A stretch of 64,000 nucleotides of DNA, taken from positions 1,302,001 through 1,366,000 of the forward strand of contig OX597840.1 in NCBI GenBank assembly GCA_951406725.2. Direction: 5' to 3'. The notes under the pieces were generated by a model. That model made no database searches and had not been told where the DNA came from. It saw nothing but the letters and a program-made list of their open reading frames with translations. A program made the position numbers and the translations under genes. The stretch comes from Octopus vulgaris (Eukaryota). This document shows positions 13,931 through 27,923 of this stretch, piece after piece. Position 1 is the first letter of the stretch. Every line of letters begins with the position of its first letter.

Positions 13931-14077
13931 TCCATATTATCATTATTATTATTAATATTATTATTATTATTATTATTAGTACTATTATTATTATTACTAT
14001 TATTATTATTGTCTTCTTCATCATATTCATTATTATTATTATTATTAATATTATCATTATTATTATCATCATCATCA

Positions 14078-14156
<79 letters not shown>

Positions 14157-14160
14157 CATG
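12865..14160. repeat. 1.3-kb degenerate (ATT)n/(ATC)n tract with internal ~299-bp duplication
   Basis: Landmark AGTACT at 13679 and 13978; TCCATATT and GTCTTCTTCATCATATTC also occur twice. Confidence 0.9.
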
Positions 14161-14549
14161 CCCATTATATTCCATTACTGTTGTAGTTCTTGGTATTGTT
14201 GCGAAGTTGTTCCTCGCTGTTTTGATTATGTCTTCTCGTTCTTCAAATGAATAATTTGAAAAGGAACAGCAAGAACTATAATCTGTACAATTTCATCTCG
14301 TTTTCTTAGATTGCGATGCTAAAAACTTTGATCTCTGGAAACTTTAAAAGATTCCATAGATCTTTCTCATAATAGAATCTTAAAGAGATACTAATACACG
14401 TTGCTGTAGAACCATATGTATAATATAAAGATGCATGGTTTTACGGATGTGTGTCTAGATTTATCTAACCCACTATATATATATATATATATATCAACAC
14501 ACAAATATATATACATATATATATATAACAACCTACAAATATGTGTATA

Positions 14550-14580
<31 letters not shown>

Positions 14581-14592
14581 GCATACCAACAA

Positions 14593-14639
<47 letters not shown>

Positions 14640-14757
14640 CACACAAATATATATATACATATATATATATACATACCTAAAAATAGGCATATATATTATA
14701 TATATACACATACCTACAAATAGGCATGTATATATATACATATATACATACTTACAA

Positions 14758-14814
<57 letters not shown>

Positions 14815-14865
14815 GAAAGTAGTTTCTGTATCCTTGAATTAATTTGTCCGCCTATCTCTCTCTCA

Positions 14866-14927
<62 letters not shown>

Positions 14928-15299
14928 TTGTCTTCCTTCACCTATTCTACAGTCACTTGATCCTCTGAACTTATACTTGTATCTGTATAACTACATACAC
15001 GTACATTCAAATGCATGTTTAAATAAATATATTAAATTCTGGCTGTTAGTACCTATATGCATACATAGTACATACCATACATTCAATATATGTACATATG
15101 TGTGTGTGTGTGTGTACGTAAATATATATGCATATAAATATATGTATAAATATATTCATATATATAGCACGAATATGTATGCATATATATATATATGTAC
15201 ATACACGTATGTATATATATATCTATATTGCATTTATATACATACATATATTAAAATATAAGTTTATGTAAATATCTATATGTTCATATATATACTTAC

Positions 15300-15372
<73 letters not shown>

Positions 15373-15377
<5 letters not shown>

Positions 15378-15623
15378 TGCACCCTTTTAAAGCCTAGCTA
15401 GGATCATGGGCCCGGTTTCCCGGTCTCTATGGCGTATGTGCTCCCCAGCTGGACGGGACGCCAGTCCATCGCAGTGTTACTCATTTTTGCCAGCTGCGAG
15501 GACTGGAGTAACATGAAATGAAGTGTTTTGGTCAAGAACACAACGTGTTACCGAGTGCAGGAATCGAAACTACAATGTTGCGATCATGATGCTGACATCC
15601 TAACCACTAAGCCACTCGCCTCC
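15373..15623 (-). mobile_element. SINE type D head plus CORE-like domain with a V/Meta-like 3' domain
   Basis: Minus: GGAGGCGAGTGGCTTAGTGGTTAGG head, CAGCTGGCAAAAATGAGT as at 41628-41946, then CTGCGATGGACTGGCGTCCCGTCCAG. Confidence 0.8.
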
Positions 15624-15651
15624 ACACATGTACACACTCGCACACACACAC

Positions 15652-15696
<45 letters not shown>

Positions 15697-16357
15697 AACA
15701 CACACACACATATATATGTCAAATACGCTTTTCAATTTTGAGCTGGTTTCGATATGTCGCCACCAGAACAAGTTTATTCGAGGTAGACTACCATTAGTTG
15801 GAGAATACTCTACATTGGCATATATATGATTTATATGAAAATTTTTGGTGTACGTGAAATTTCTAGATATTGACCTATCCATTTGGAAAACCGCAAATTC
15901 GATATCTTGGAAAACCGACAAATTTACTTTCTTTTATCGACTAAATAGTAAAAAAATTACCTACTTTAGATCACATTATTTCATTATATTTAATCTTAAA
16001 CTTGACTTAGTTTAATGTTGTTTTATTTCCAACATTTACTTTCACCTTTATTAACATTTTGTCGATGGTGCTATTTAGTTAAATATCCTACTTCATTTTT
16101 ATAGGTATTTCATTTAGCATTATGGCTTCATTTTGCTAAAATTTTCTCCGCCGCCACTCTGCTCCAACACATCTTTATATCCTGTTGCTTACAATGATAT
16201 CGCATCTCTCACTAACATGTCGCACTCCTACGTCAGAGAAACATTTTCTTCTCTCTGATTAATTTAATTTTTGCACAAATTACATTCACCCCTTATGCTG
16301 CAGTCTCCGTCTCTCCACTCACACACGCGCGCGCGCACGCACAAACAGACACACACA

Positions 16358-16427
<70 letters not shown>

Positions 16428-16593
16428 AAGGTGCAGGTGTGGCTGTGTGGTGAGAACCTTGCTTGCCAACAACATGGTTCGGGGTAAAGTGCGTTGCTCC
16501 TTCATTAAGTGTCTTCTGGTATACATACATGCATGCATACATACATACACACACATACATACATACATACATACATACATACATACACATATC

Positions 16594-16630
<37 letters not shown>

Positions 16631-16682
16631 CATTATACATATATATAATGTATATATACATATACATTATACACACACACAA

Positions 16683-16715
<33 letters not shown>

Positions 16716-16822
16716 GTATGTATATCAATCTATTCAATATTTTTATGAATGTATGTATTTACGTATCTATTTCCCTATCTATCTTTCTCTCTCTCCCTCT
16801 CTCTCTCTCTCTTTCTCTTACT

Positions 16823-16874
<52 letters not shown>

Positions 16875-17055
16875 CATACATGAAGATATATTAAATACAT
16901 TATAATATAGGTTGCAAGATGAATTAATACTAAAAAGGTAAAATTAATAAAACAGGGTGCAATGTAGCACCTACAATTGCCAGACGTTGACTCGAACAGC
17001 CACGCAAAAGCACTAACCGCAAGAAATATTCCAGACTATATATATATATATTCCA

Positions 17056-17098
<43 letters not shown>

Positions 17099-17311
17099 TG
17101 TGTGTGTGTGTGTGTGTGTGTGTGTTTGTGTTAATGTGTGTGTGGAGGGTGTGAGTGTATGTGTATGTATATATGTATATATATATACATGTTTATCAAA
17201 CTAGTGAGATTGTTGAATAGAGAAGACTGGAAATGAATGATTTGCCTTAATTCAGAACGAGTGTATATTATCCGTTATTAGTTATTTTTTCCTGATCAGG
17301 AGTCAGTTTCC

Positions 17312-17870
17312 TGATCGGACGAAACGCTTAGCGGTATTTCGTCTGCGGTTACGTTGTGAGTTCAAATTCCGCCGAGGTCGACTTTGCCTTTCATCCTTTC
17401 GAGGTCGATTAAATAAGTACCATTCACGCACTGGGGTCGATATAATCGACTTAATCCGTGTGTCTGTCCTTGCTTGTCTTCTCTGTGTTTAGCCCCTTGT
17501 GGATAGTAAAGAAATAGATATTTCGTCTGTCTTTACGTTCTGAGATGAAATTCCACCGAGGTTGACTTTGCCTTCCATCCTTTTGGGGTCGAGAAATTAA
17601 GTACCAGTTACGCACTGGGGTCGATATAAACAACTTAATCCGTCTGCCCTTCCCTGTTTGTCTCCTCTGTGTTTAGCCCTTTGTGGGTAGTAAAGAAATA
17701 AGTATTTCTTCTACCGTTACGTTCTGAGTTCAAATTCCGCCGAGGTCGACTTTGCCTTTCATCCTTTCGGGGTCGATAAATTAAGTACAATTTGCGTACT
17801 GGGATCGATCTAATCACCTGGCCTCCTCCTCCAAAATTTCGGGCCTTGTGCCTAGAGTAGAAAAGAATGT
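17312..17870 (+). mobile_element. SINE type B trimer, ~183-bp internal units
   Basis: Three TATTTC..CT....TTACGTT.TGAG units, each with the Nin/Deu-like domain; the last has the alternative tail ...GCCTTGTGCCTAGAGTAGAAAAG. Confidence 0.9.
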
Positions 17871-18279
17871 ATACATACGTGTTTTGACTATAGTTTCCTT
17901 CAATCTCCAACAGAAATCTTTACACTGTAGCATCTTCAGAATTATGTTCACGAGAATTCGTAGCTCGAAAATTTATTACAAGCCTTCAAATGTTCTCGAG
18001 AATTCTCAATTTCGTTAAAATTGTCGTATAGTTCTGATAGGCTTCACGTTTTGGTAAGTTACGTGGAAATTATGAAATCAAAGATCTTTAACTGGTTTCC
18101 TTATATATATATATATACATATATATGGTATTGGCACAGTTCAACTTCCTATGTTGTAAGAATTTCTTTGATGTCTTAAACTAACTCGATATAATGGTTA
18201 TAAAACTAATTTTGTGTTCGCTGCTCCTTTCACCTCTATTTACGGTTCCTTATGAGACTGAACAAACATACGTTCCAGT

Positions 18280-18900
18280 TTGCTAGTTAATTAAGTAGAG
18301 ATTGCCTGAGCTAGTGTGTGAGTGAACGAACTGTTTAGGTAGTTATTTTCTTAGTAAGTTACTAACATAACTAGCTACATAATTATTTATTTTATTTGTT
18401 GCTCGCTCATTTAGTTAGCGCCTTAATTAATTAGGTACCTGGGTATTTATTTATGTTTGTTAATTCGCTACCCAATTAATTCGTTAGCTCGTTTTCTGGT
18501 CAGCTTATTAGATATTTAGCTAATTAGTAATTTACTTCGATAACTTGATAGGTAGATAATTAGTTACTTGGTTAGTTAGCTAGTTGTTTATATGAATATT
18601 TATGTAGTTCGTTATTTAGGGAATTATTTGTTTGATTATTTACTTAGCTAGTTAGATGGATATTTATCATAACATTTAGTTACCAAGTTAAATAATTCGT
18701 CCATTAGGCAGTCAGCTATTTGGTTAGCTCGCTAGGTGGTTACATAGTTATTTAGATATCTATGTAGATGGTTACGTAGATAGATAGTTATATATTTAAG
18801 TTGGCTGGTCGGGGGTTGGTTGTTTAAATTGTCAGACAGTCAGATAGTTATGTAGTTAGCTAGTTAGATAGTACTTAACTAGGTCTTTCTGCTCCTAGTT
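18280..18900. repeat. Highly decayed (TTAG/CTAG/ATAG)n low-complexity tract
   Basis: Recurrent TAGTTAGCTAG-like words over ~600 bp. Confidence 0.7.
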
Positions 18901-19967
18901 AATTAAAGGACATACTACTACCTCTGTCGAATACCAAGATCCAAGCCTCACCGCAGCATATGACATCATTCGCAAAATCTTATTTCACTATCACCAGAAA
19001 TTTCTTCTTCTGAAGTTCTCTCTTGCTGCAAACAAACGGAGATCACCGGAGTCTCTGAGGTGAAAGACAGGAGGAGTCTATCCCATGCGCCTTTATTCTC
19101 CTGTTGCGCACCACGAGAGCATATTCTTCCTAATACAACTAGACTGGCGATACAGTCTGTGGACGAAACATGGAATGTAGTGTTTAACGTTAAATAGAGA
19201 TAAATAAAATATTGGGAGTTTATTTCAAAAATGCTGTTTCTACAAATATTATGAATTAAAGAAGCCACAAAAACGAGATTCGTGTTTCAATTTATTTTCC
19301 ACTTCATTTTCGATAATAAATGGTTTTTGATATCTGCTCTAAATATTTAGTCGTTATAAAAATAATGAATAATATTATGTTTAATAAAATATATAAAAAG
19401 CTTTCATTCACAATTAGTGAATAAATGAAATGGATATATATTATCTGTTTAGGCAAAAAAAAATGTATCATGAGATGGAGGTCATAATTTAAGGTGGCGG
19501 TTTGGCAGAGTCGTTCGAGTGCTCGTGACCATTCTGTTTGAGGATTTCGTTCCGCTTCTCTGCGCATTGAGTTCAAATCGCAGAGAAGTGAACATTACAA
19601 TTCATTCTTTTACGAATCCAACTGGGTTGATTGAATTATTAGGGAGACAGAAGGGATTTTTTGTGGTGTTTGATGAGAGTCACTTCATGTGCTTCTTTTA
19701 AATTTTGCCGAGGTCAAACTTACATTTTTTTTCTCTAGGATGAATAAAAAGGGCCTATGAAGTGTGGAGCAAAGAGCATTGCTGACGTTTCCCCTCTGCT
19801 CCCAACTCTAAGCTGTCTTCCCTCTTTCTCTCCAGTGTGAGGCCTGCTTTAACGGACAAGCAGTTTCATTCCAATTTTGCACTCCGCCACATGCTTCCCT
19901 ATAGGAAGGACTTCCTCTTATATGCCTTGTTATTTCAATTGACATCAGGGTTTCCGTAACCTACTTA

Positions 19968-20447
19968 TAAGTTAAGTACCAGTAACGCACTGGGGTCGAT
20001 ATAATCGACTTAATCCGTTTGTCTGTCCTTGTTTGTCCCCTCTGTGTGTAGACCGCTTGTGGGTAGTAAAGAAATAGGTACTTTCGTCTGTTTTTACGTT
20101 CTGTGAGTTCAAATTCCGCCGAGGTCGACTTTGCCTTTCATACTTTCGGGGTCGATAAATTAAGTACCAGTTACGCACTGAGGTCGATATAATCGACTTA
20201 ATCCATTTGTCTATCCTTGTTTGTCATCTCTGTGTTTAGCCGCTTGTGGGTAGTAAAGAAATAAGTATTTCGTCTACCGTAATGTCTCCGAGTTCAAATT
20301 CCGCCGAGGTCGACTTTGCCTTTCATCCTTTCGACGTCGATAAATAAAGTACCAGTTTCGCACTGGGGTCGATGTAATAGACTTAATCCGTTTTTCTGTC
20401 CTTGTTTGTCCCCTCTATTTCATCCCCTTGTGGGCAGTAAAGAAATA
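19968..20447 (+). mobile_element. SINE type B tandem units (5'-truncated trimer)
   Basis: Repeating AAGTACCAG...CACTG.GGTCGAT...GTAAAGAAATA. Confidence 0.9.
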
Positions 20448-21014
20448 TATATAGTTCTTGCTTTCAAGTCACATTTGATTGGTCGTAAGATTGGTCGTAA
20501 ATATCTTCAAGCGAAATTTCTTTCCACGCACGCACGCACACATACACATTTTCTCTGCCGTGACCACTGATGGAAACAGTTGACTAGTGAGACGACCACA
20601 ACCTGCACACTTTAGTACTAAGCACTGCTATAAACAACGGAATTGAGCAAGAACGTTGAATCTTAAGTGTGAAAGCGTGAAATGTTCCAGAATTAGTGTC
20701 CGAAGCAGCTTCATATTGTGTACTTTTGCGCCATTACCGTACTAACAATTTTATCTCACCACGTACACACACGTGCGCGCGCAGAGGCTAAGAGCTGCGC
20801 GCACGCACCGATCAAAATACAATAGATTTTGAAATAATAAATTATTTGTGAATTATTATGTATTTCAAAAAATTAATCGAAATGGCTTTTTCTGATAATT
20901 TATCTACTTTAATAATTAGATGTTTATAAATCATTAAATGTTTGATTTATAAACATCTAATTAATAAAGTGGAAAAATTATCAGAAGATCCATTTCTATT
21001 AATTTAGTCGTATA

Positions 21015-21053
<39 letters not shown>

Positions 21054-21125
21054 ATATGTATAATACATGCATAAATATATATATATGTAAATATATGTAT
21101 ATATATATGTATATATATATATATG

Positions 21126-21198
<73 letters not shown>

Positions 21199-21297
21199 AC
21201 ATATATATGTGCGTACATATATATATACATGTACATATATATATATAGAGAGAGATACATATATATGCATATATATATATATATCTATCTATCTATC

Positions 21298-21375
<78 letters not shown>

Positions 21376-21376
21376 C

Positions 21377-21445
<69 letters not shown>

Positions 21446-21540
21446 CATATCAAATTGAAATGGAAATTAATTAAAATTAATAAAAATTTACATTTCCAGT
21501 GGTCTAACGTTTATAAAAGCTTAGTCAAAAAGACTCATAT

Positions 21541-21836
21541 TAGTCATGCGATATAGTGAATCTTTAAACACATAAGGGATCCACTTATAGGAATTCACCC
21601 TAGGTGGTTCTGTTGAAGAAGATTGCACCTAGCGAGTTCCTTGACTTGCTAAACTAAAATCAGAAACCAATTGTTCGAGGAAACTAGATGGTGAAATGTT
21701 TTTCATTTTTCAATTCGTTCCTGTCGAATTTTATCCCTAATATTTGTGGTTATAGAACCCATCTGTCCTTTCTAGCGTGGTGAATTCCTATAAGTGGATT
21801 CCTTATGTGTTTAAATATACACTATATCGTATGACT

Positions 21837-21837
<1 letters not shown>
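21541..21837. mobile_element. MITE/fold-back element with ~58-bp terminal inverted repeats
   Basis: Left AGTCATGCGATATAGTGAATCTTTAAACACATAAGGGATCCACTTATAGGAATTCACC is near-complementary to the right end; related to 59283-59560. Confidence 0.85.
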
Positions 21838-21859
<22 letters not shown>

Positions 21860-21870
<11 letters not shown>

Positions 21871-22070
21871 AACAAGAGCATACACTTTACATGATAACAG
21901 GAACAATAATACGAAGAAAGTACAAAAATGAAAGGTTTTTCAATAGTTAACTATTGAAAAGTTCTTTTTTACTTTTCATCCCTTTCGAAATTGCTCTTAA
22001 CCGTGGTTTGGACTTTGACTATTCCTGTTAACATGTAAGTAGTCCTGTTAGTGTCACCTCTTGTGTGTAT
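21860..22070. mobile_element. Possible second small fold-back element
   Basis: TTACATGATAACAGGAA versus TTCCTGTTAACATGTAA and CAAGAG/CTCTTG at the ends; 24-bp perfect palindrome at 21937-21960; flanked by (TA)n. Confidence 0.5.
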
Positions 22071-22080
22071 AAATGTACAC

Positions 22081-22118
<38 letters not shown>

Positions 22119-22122
<4 letters not shown>

Positions 22123-22417
22123 CATGACCGACCAGGCTATCAGATGTTGATAAACATCGCTGGTCACAATGCATTTCGCATTGTTTTACCCTTCAAATGA
22201 AGCCACCGCGCTGGTTAAGCGACCAGGCCAACAGAAGAAAGAGTGAGAGAAAGTTGTGGCGAAAGAGTACAGCAGGGATCGCCACCACCCCCTGCCGGAG
22301 CCTTGTGGAGCTTTATGTGTTTTCCCTCAATAAACACTCGTCACGCCCGGTCTGGGAATCGAAACCGCGATCCTACGACCGCGAGTCCGCTGCCCTAACC
22401 ACTGGGCCATTGTGCCT

Positions 22418-22419
<2 letters not shown>
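22119..22419 (-). mobile_element. SINE type C head with tail 2
   Basis: Head GGAGGCACAATGGCCCAGTGGTTAGGGCAGCGGACTCGCGG...GGTTTCGATTCCC as at 29893; diverges after TTTCTCTCACTCTTTCTTC. Confidence 0.88.
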
Positions 22420-22456
<37 letters not shown>

Positions 22457-22996
22457 CATATATATATAAGTGTGTGTATGTGTACTTGTGTTTGTGTGTG
22501 ATGTATGTGTGTGAATGCCAAACGAAATAATACACAAAAACACTCAGAATCTCACACACGCTCTCATATGTTATATACATATACACACACAACTACATAC
22601 ACCTACATATATATGCCCATAGATATGTGTTTGTATATATATTATTACGTGAAGGCGCGAACGACAGGTATGAATTTAAATCATTCTATCATATTTATAA
22701 CTAAATAAACGACCAGTCTGCCTCTCTCTCACACTCTCTCTCACTCTTTGTCTCTCCTTTTAACTTTTTTCATTTCTTCCTCTCTCTACTCCTGATTCAG
22801 ACTTGCGTTCCGCTCAGTGAATAATTCTCTCATTTCCGCTCACTTGGCTCAGTCAGTTATAAAACGGTTTTTACGAGCATTTGCATGTTATCGTGAGGCT
22901 AAATATAATTTCTACTAATACCAGCAGTGGTAATAACAACTGCAATTATTATTATTGTTAAACGATTATTATTATTATTATCATTATCATTATTAT

Positions 22997-23065
<69 letters not shown>

Positions 23066-23079
23066 AATTATTATTATTA

Positions 23080-23490
23080 CTTTTTTTTTCTTCTTTCAAA
23101 TTTGCTTCCATTTCTTGCCGAGTGTCTTCCCGTCTTCTAGGGCAAAAGAAACTCGTAGTATACATTGGTAGGCCATTAAACGAAACTCAATAGTTCGTTA
23201 ATTTTAATTTTAATTTTTTATTTTTTAGTTAAATTAAAATACATGAGCAGCAACAGTTCTCACATCGACAATGCTCTTCTCAATACGTGTGATGTACCAG
23301 TTAAGACAATCTTTTGCACTTCTTGCAGGGATGGTAAGCCAGGGATCATTCTCATATAATTTTCGGTTCCATTCTTGATCATTCCTAGTGCTCCTACGAT
23401 CACTGGTATTGTAACCACCTTGAGATGCCACATTTTCTCAATTTCAGTAGGTCTTTATATTTTCTGAGTAGGTCTTTATATTTTCTGAGC
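23080..23490 (-). mobile_element. R4/Dong-like LINE 3' end (restriction-like endonuclease C-terminus and UTR) in TAA repeats
   Basis: Minus translation KYKDL-EIEKMWHLKVVTIPVIVGALGMIKNGTENYMRMIPGLPSLQEVQKIVLTGTSHVLRRALSM*; ends in (TAA)n. Confidence 0.85.
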
Positions 23491-23668
<178 letters not shown>

Positions 23669-23920
23669 AAGTAGTTGTGGTCGATGAAAAAGGTAGCAGT
23701 AGTACCAATAATTGTCGAAGTCCTAGGAACAGTGAGTAAAAATCTTGAGAAGTACATGGGAGAAATAGGGGCTGCAATACGGGTTAAGCACTTGCAGGAA
23801 ACAGCACTGCTTGGAACCGCTCGAATACTCCTGAAAGTGCTCGAAAAATAAGAGGTGTTACCTTAGTTCACTGGTACCGTAGTACAACTCCAGCATTAGA
23901 AGATGTGCAAAGACATTAAT
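23669..23920 (+). mobile_element. Second R4/Dong-like LINE 3' end, different subfamily
   Basis: LWSMKKVAVVPIIVEVLGTVSKNLEKYMGEIGAAIRVKHLQETALLGTARILLKVLEK*, followed by a short UTR and (TAA)n. Confidence 0.85.
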
Positions 23921-23948
23921 GATAAAGATGATGACAGTCATAATAATG

Positions 23949-24036
<88 letters not shown>

Positions 24037-24047
24037 TAATAATAATA

Positions 24048-24563
24048 ACTTCTGATCTTAATTGACTGGAAGTGTTATCATGTACATTGTTTTGTCTCGG
24101 TATACAAGATGGACTACATCAAATATTCTGCTCAGTACCACATATTTGCTTGTCAGTTTACCATGTCCCTTAGTGGCTGACAATATGTGCATCTCTGATC
24201 ATGAGCAGAAGTAGTGGGGGAGCATCATAGCCATGAGTTGAGAGGGATTCTTGGAGGTGTGAATAATTCACCTCTGGAAACATGGGTGTTTCATTCAACA
24301 TCCTTAAACAACTCTTAATCAGGGATCTTTAGAGTGGGATGGGTTGCCCGACCAGAAGAAACTTCTAACTGGGCCCCACCACCAAGTTCATGCGCTGTTT
24401 ATCTTGTTATGAGATCACCATATTGCGCAGATATGGTTGTGATGCATGTGCCTGGTGTACCCTTATCAGACGGGTAGTCATGATGGGTATACTGGGCTTC
24501 GTATATTTTAACCCAGTGTCACTTTGATGACATGCATTGCTCTCTCACTCAATAATAATAATG

Positions 24564-24599
<36 letters not shown>

Positions 24600-25109
24600 C
24601 TTAACTGATTGGAAGTGTTATCATGTACATTGTTTTGTCTTGGTATAAAAGATGGGCTACAGCAAATATTCTGCTCAATACCACAGATTTGCTTGTCAGT
24701 TGTTTGACTTTAACCAGTTGAGCATGTCCCTTAGTGGCTGACGATATGTGCATCTCTGATCATGAGCATAAGTAGTGGGGGAGCATCATAGCCATGTGTT
24801 GAGAGGGATTCTTTGGGGTTTGAATAATTCACCTCTGGAAACATGGGTGGTTCTTTCAACATCCTTAAACAACCCTTATTCAGGGACCTTTTGAGTGGGA
24901 TGGGCTACTCAATGAAGAAAATTCTAATTGGGCCCCACCTGCAAGGTCATGTGCTGTTTATCTTGATATGAGATCACCATGTCGCGCACCTATGGTTGTG
25001 ATGCATGTGCCTGGTGTACCTTTATCAGACGGGTAGTCATGATGGGTATATTGGGCTTCGTATATTTTACCCCAGTGTCACTTTGATGGCATGAACTGCT
25101 CTCTCACTC
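24048..25109 (+). mobile_element. Two tandem ~505-bp non-coding elements (24048-24550, 24598-25109), each ending in (AAT)n
   Basis: Colinear copies from TGGAAGTGTTATCATGTACATTG to TGCTCTCTCACTC(AAT)n; no ORF recognised. Confidence 0.8.
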
Positions 25110-25144
<35 letters not shown>

Positions 25145-25161
25145 TGATGATGATGATGATG

Positions 25162-25207
<46 letters not shown>

Positions 25208-25231
25208 TAAAACTAAAAATAATAACAATAA

Positions 25232-25840
25232 CTCCTTACAATTTACAAAGCCTTTACTGCAATAGTATTGCAGAGAATGGGCAAATATCCGAAACAAAAG
25301 AACATGATGACAGAATAGAAAGGGCTCATGCGGTTGTAAAGATCAGCTATTAATCAATATGGCCATACCCGAAGACAGCCTAAAGAAAAAGAAAGGTGTG
25401 AACACGACTTGGATCGATTATCGAAAGGCTTTTGATAGTATTCCACACCCATGGATCCTAGAAACACTAGCTATGAGCACGGTAACACCCATAATCATAA
25501 AATATATGAAACATTCCATGAATAGATGTCAAACAGAGGGACTCATAAAAAGCAAAGGTATCCCCTTTAAAGGAATATACCACTCCTTTTTTGCTTGGTA
25601 CCGACACCTTTATCTGACATGCTAAATAGAACTGCATGTGGATACAAATGTTACGGCAAAAACAATCAGCGATCTCTTGTATGTGGATGATCTAAAACTG
25701 CATGCTGCAGATGACGAACAATACTATAGATGGAGAATGGATTTACCAAGGAAATAAGCATGACATTTGGCTTACAAAAATGTGCTAAAGTAGCCATGAA
25801 AAGAGGAAAACTAGTTAAGAGTAATAATATCACACTAGAA
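25232..25840 (+). pseudogene. Decayed reverse transcriptase fragment of an R4/Dong-like LINE
   Basis: GCKDQLLIN...WIDYRKAFDSIPHPWILETL, then LLYVDDLKL and MTFGLQKCAKVAMKRGK in shifted frames; cut off by SINE B at 25841. Confidence 0.88.
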
Positions 25841-26497
25841 GGCGGCGAGCTGGCGGAAACGTTAGCACACCGGACGAAATGCTTAGCGGTATTTCGTCTG
25901 CCGTTACGTTCTGAGTTCAAATTCCGCCGAGGTCGACTTTGCCTTTCATCCTTTCGGGGTCGATAAAACTAAGTACCAGTTACGCACTGGGGTCGATGTA
26001 ATCGACTTAATACCTTTGTCTGTCCGTGTTTGTCCCCTCTGTGTTTAGCCCCTTGTGGGTAATAAAGAAATAGGTATTTTGCCTGCCGTAACGTTCTGAG
26101 TTCAAATTCCGCCGAGGTCGATTTTGCCTTTCATCCTTTCGAGACTGATTAAATAAGTACCATTTACGCGCTGGAGTCAATATAATCGACTTACCGTTTG
26201 TCTGTCCTTGTTTGTCTTCTCTGTGTTTAGTCCCTTGTGGGTAGTAAAGAAATAGGTATTTCGTCTGCCATTACGTTCTGAGTTCAAATTCCGCCGAGGT
26301 TGACTTTGTCTTTCAACGTTTCGAGGTCGATAAATTAAGTACCAGTTACGCACTGGGATCGATGTAATAGACTTAATACCTATGTCTGTCCTTGTTTGTC
26401 CTCTCTGTATCTAGCCCCTTGTGGGTAATAAAGAAACAGGTAATTCGTCTGCCATTACGTTCTGAGTTGAAATTCTGCCGAGGTCCACTTTACCTTT

Positions 26498-26500
<3 letters not shown>
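25841..26500 (+). mobile_element. SINE type B with complete head and four tandem internal units
   Basis: Head at 25841; units restart near 25888, 26073, 26254 and 26439. Confidence 0.92.
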
Positions 26501-26553
<53 letters not shown>

Positions 26554-26570
26554 TCGTGTGCTGAAACGAA

Positions 26571-26619
<49 letters not shown>

Positions 26620-26810
26620 CAACGAAGTGGCTGTATGGTCAGAAGTTTGCTTCCCAACCACGTGGATCCGGGTTCACGCGGTGCCCCAGTATGGACGCAA
26701 TCCACTTACTGAAAGTGAAAGATAAAAGATATATATGCATATATATAATCTATATATATATATATATATTGTGTATATATACTTAAAATTACTTGCACAT
26801 GTACAGTATA

Positions 26811-26841
<31 letters not shown>

Positions 26842-27670
26842 ATCTACTTCTATATACATGTATACACAATATAATATCTGTATATCACTGCGCGTTCATG
26901 CCTGTATATACATATATAAGACTTTAACATACCTCGTATCACCTCTTTTGATCTGGACTATTATATATCGATCTACATATCTACCGATGTATCATGCGCT
27001 CTCTGTTATTAACTTTCTCTATGTAACTCTCATACTATCTATTAAGCTTGGCGTGACTTGTAATCCACACACTGTATTCTATAGGTCACGGGTTCAAATC
27101 CGGTCACAATATAGGTGACGCGTTGTGAACAAGGTTTTTATTACTTGGCCGACATTCATAGTCACAGAAATCTATTTATGTATGCAATGCTGTCCGTGTA
27201 TACGGGTGGCTGTCTACATGTTACTGTTTCAGAATATATGCGTGTGTGTGTATACATGTTTATATATGCATTATATATATATATATATACACACAAAGAT
27301 ATGTATATGTATATATATGTATATAAATGTATGTGTATATATATGTATATATATTCTATATATAAATGCATATGATTGTATTTTAATATAATATGAAGTG
27401 TACATGTATCATATACGTGTATAATATGTCCATATTATACTGAAAAAGAAGCGTTTCAACAAATATATTTGTTTTTCGGGTGTATGTATATGTACGTCTG
27501 TTTGTTTGAGTGTCTTATGCATATTTATGTAATCATAATTGCATATGTATACACGCACACACGCACACATATACACACATATACACACATATATATATGA
27601 ATACATATAGCATTTTATATATTCCCATAAATATAAATGTATATATATTTCTATATATTGCACATACGTA

Positions 27671-27831
27671 AGCGCAGGGGTGGCTATGGGGTAAGTAGCT
27701 TGCTTTGCAGCCACATGGTTCCGGGTTCAGTCCCAATGCGTGGCACCATGAGCAAGTGTCTTCTACTATAGCCTCGGGCCGACCAAACCCTTTCGAGTGG
27801 ATTTGGTAGACGGAATCTGAAAGAAGCCCGT

Positions 27832-27923
<92 letters not shown>

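Noticed and set aside
13087-14175. 362-aa Asn/Ile-rich ORF
   Set aside because: Lies wholly in an (AAT)n tract and switches from poly-N to poly-I at the 299-bp duplication, which shows no frame constraint.
18280-18900. Interstitial telomeric repeat
   Set aside because: The words are TTAG/CTAG/ATAG tetramers, not TTAGGG arrays.
20773-20806. GC hairpin GCGCGCAG/CTGCGCGC as a Helitron 3' end
   Set aside because: No CTRR terminus at the expected distance, and the stem derives from CA/CG dinucleotide runs.
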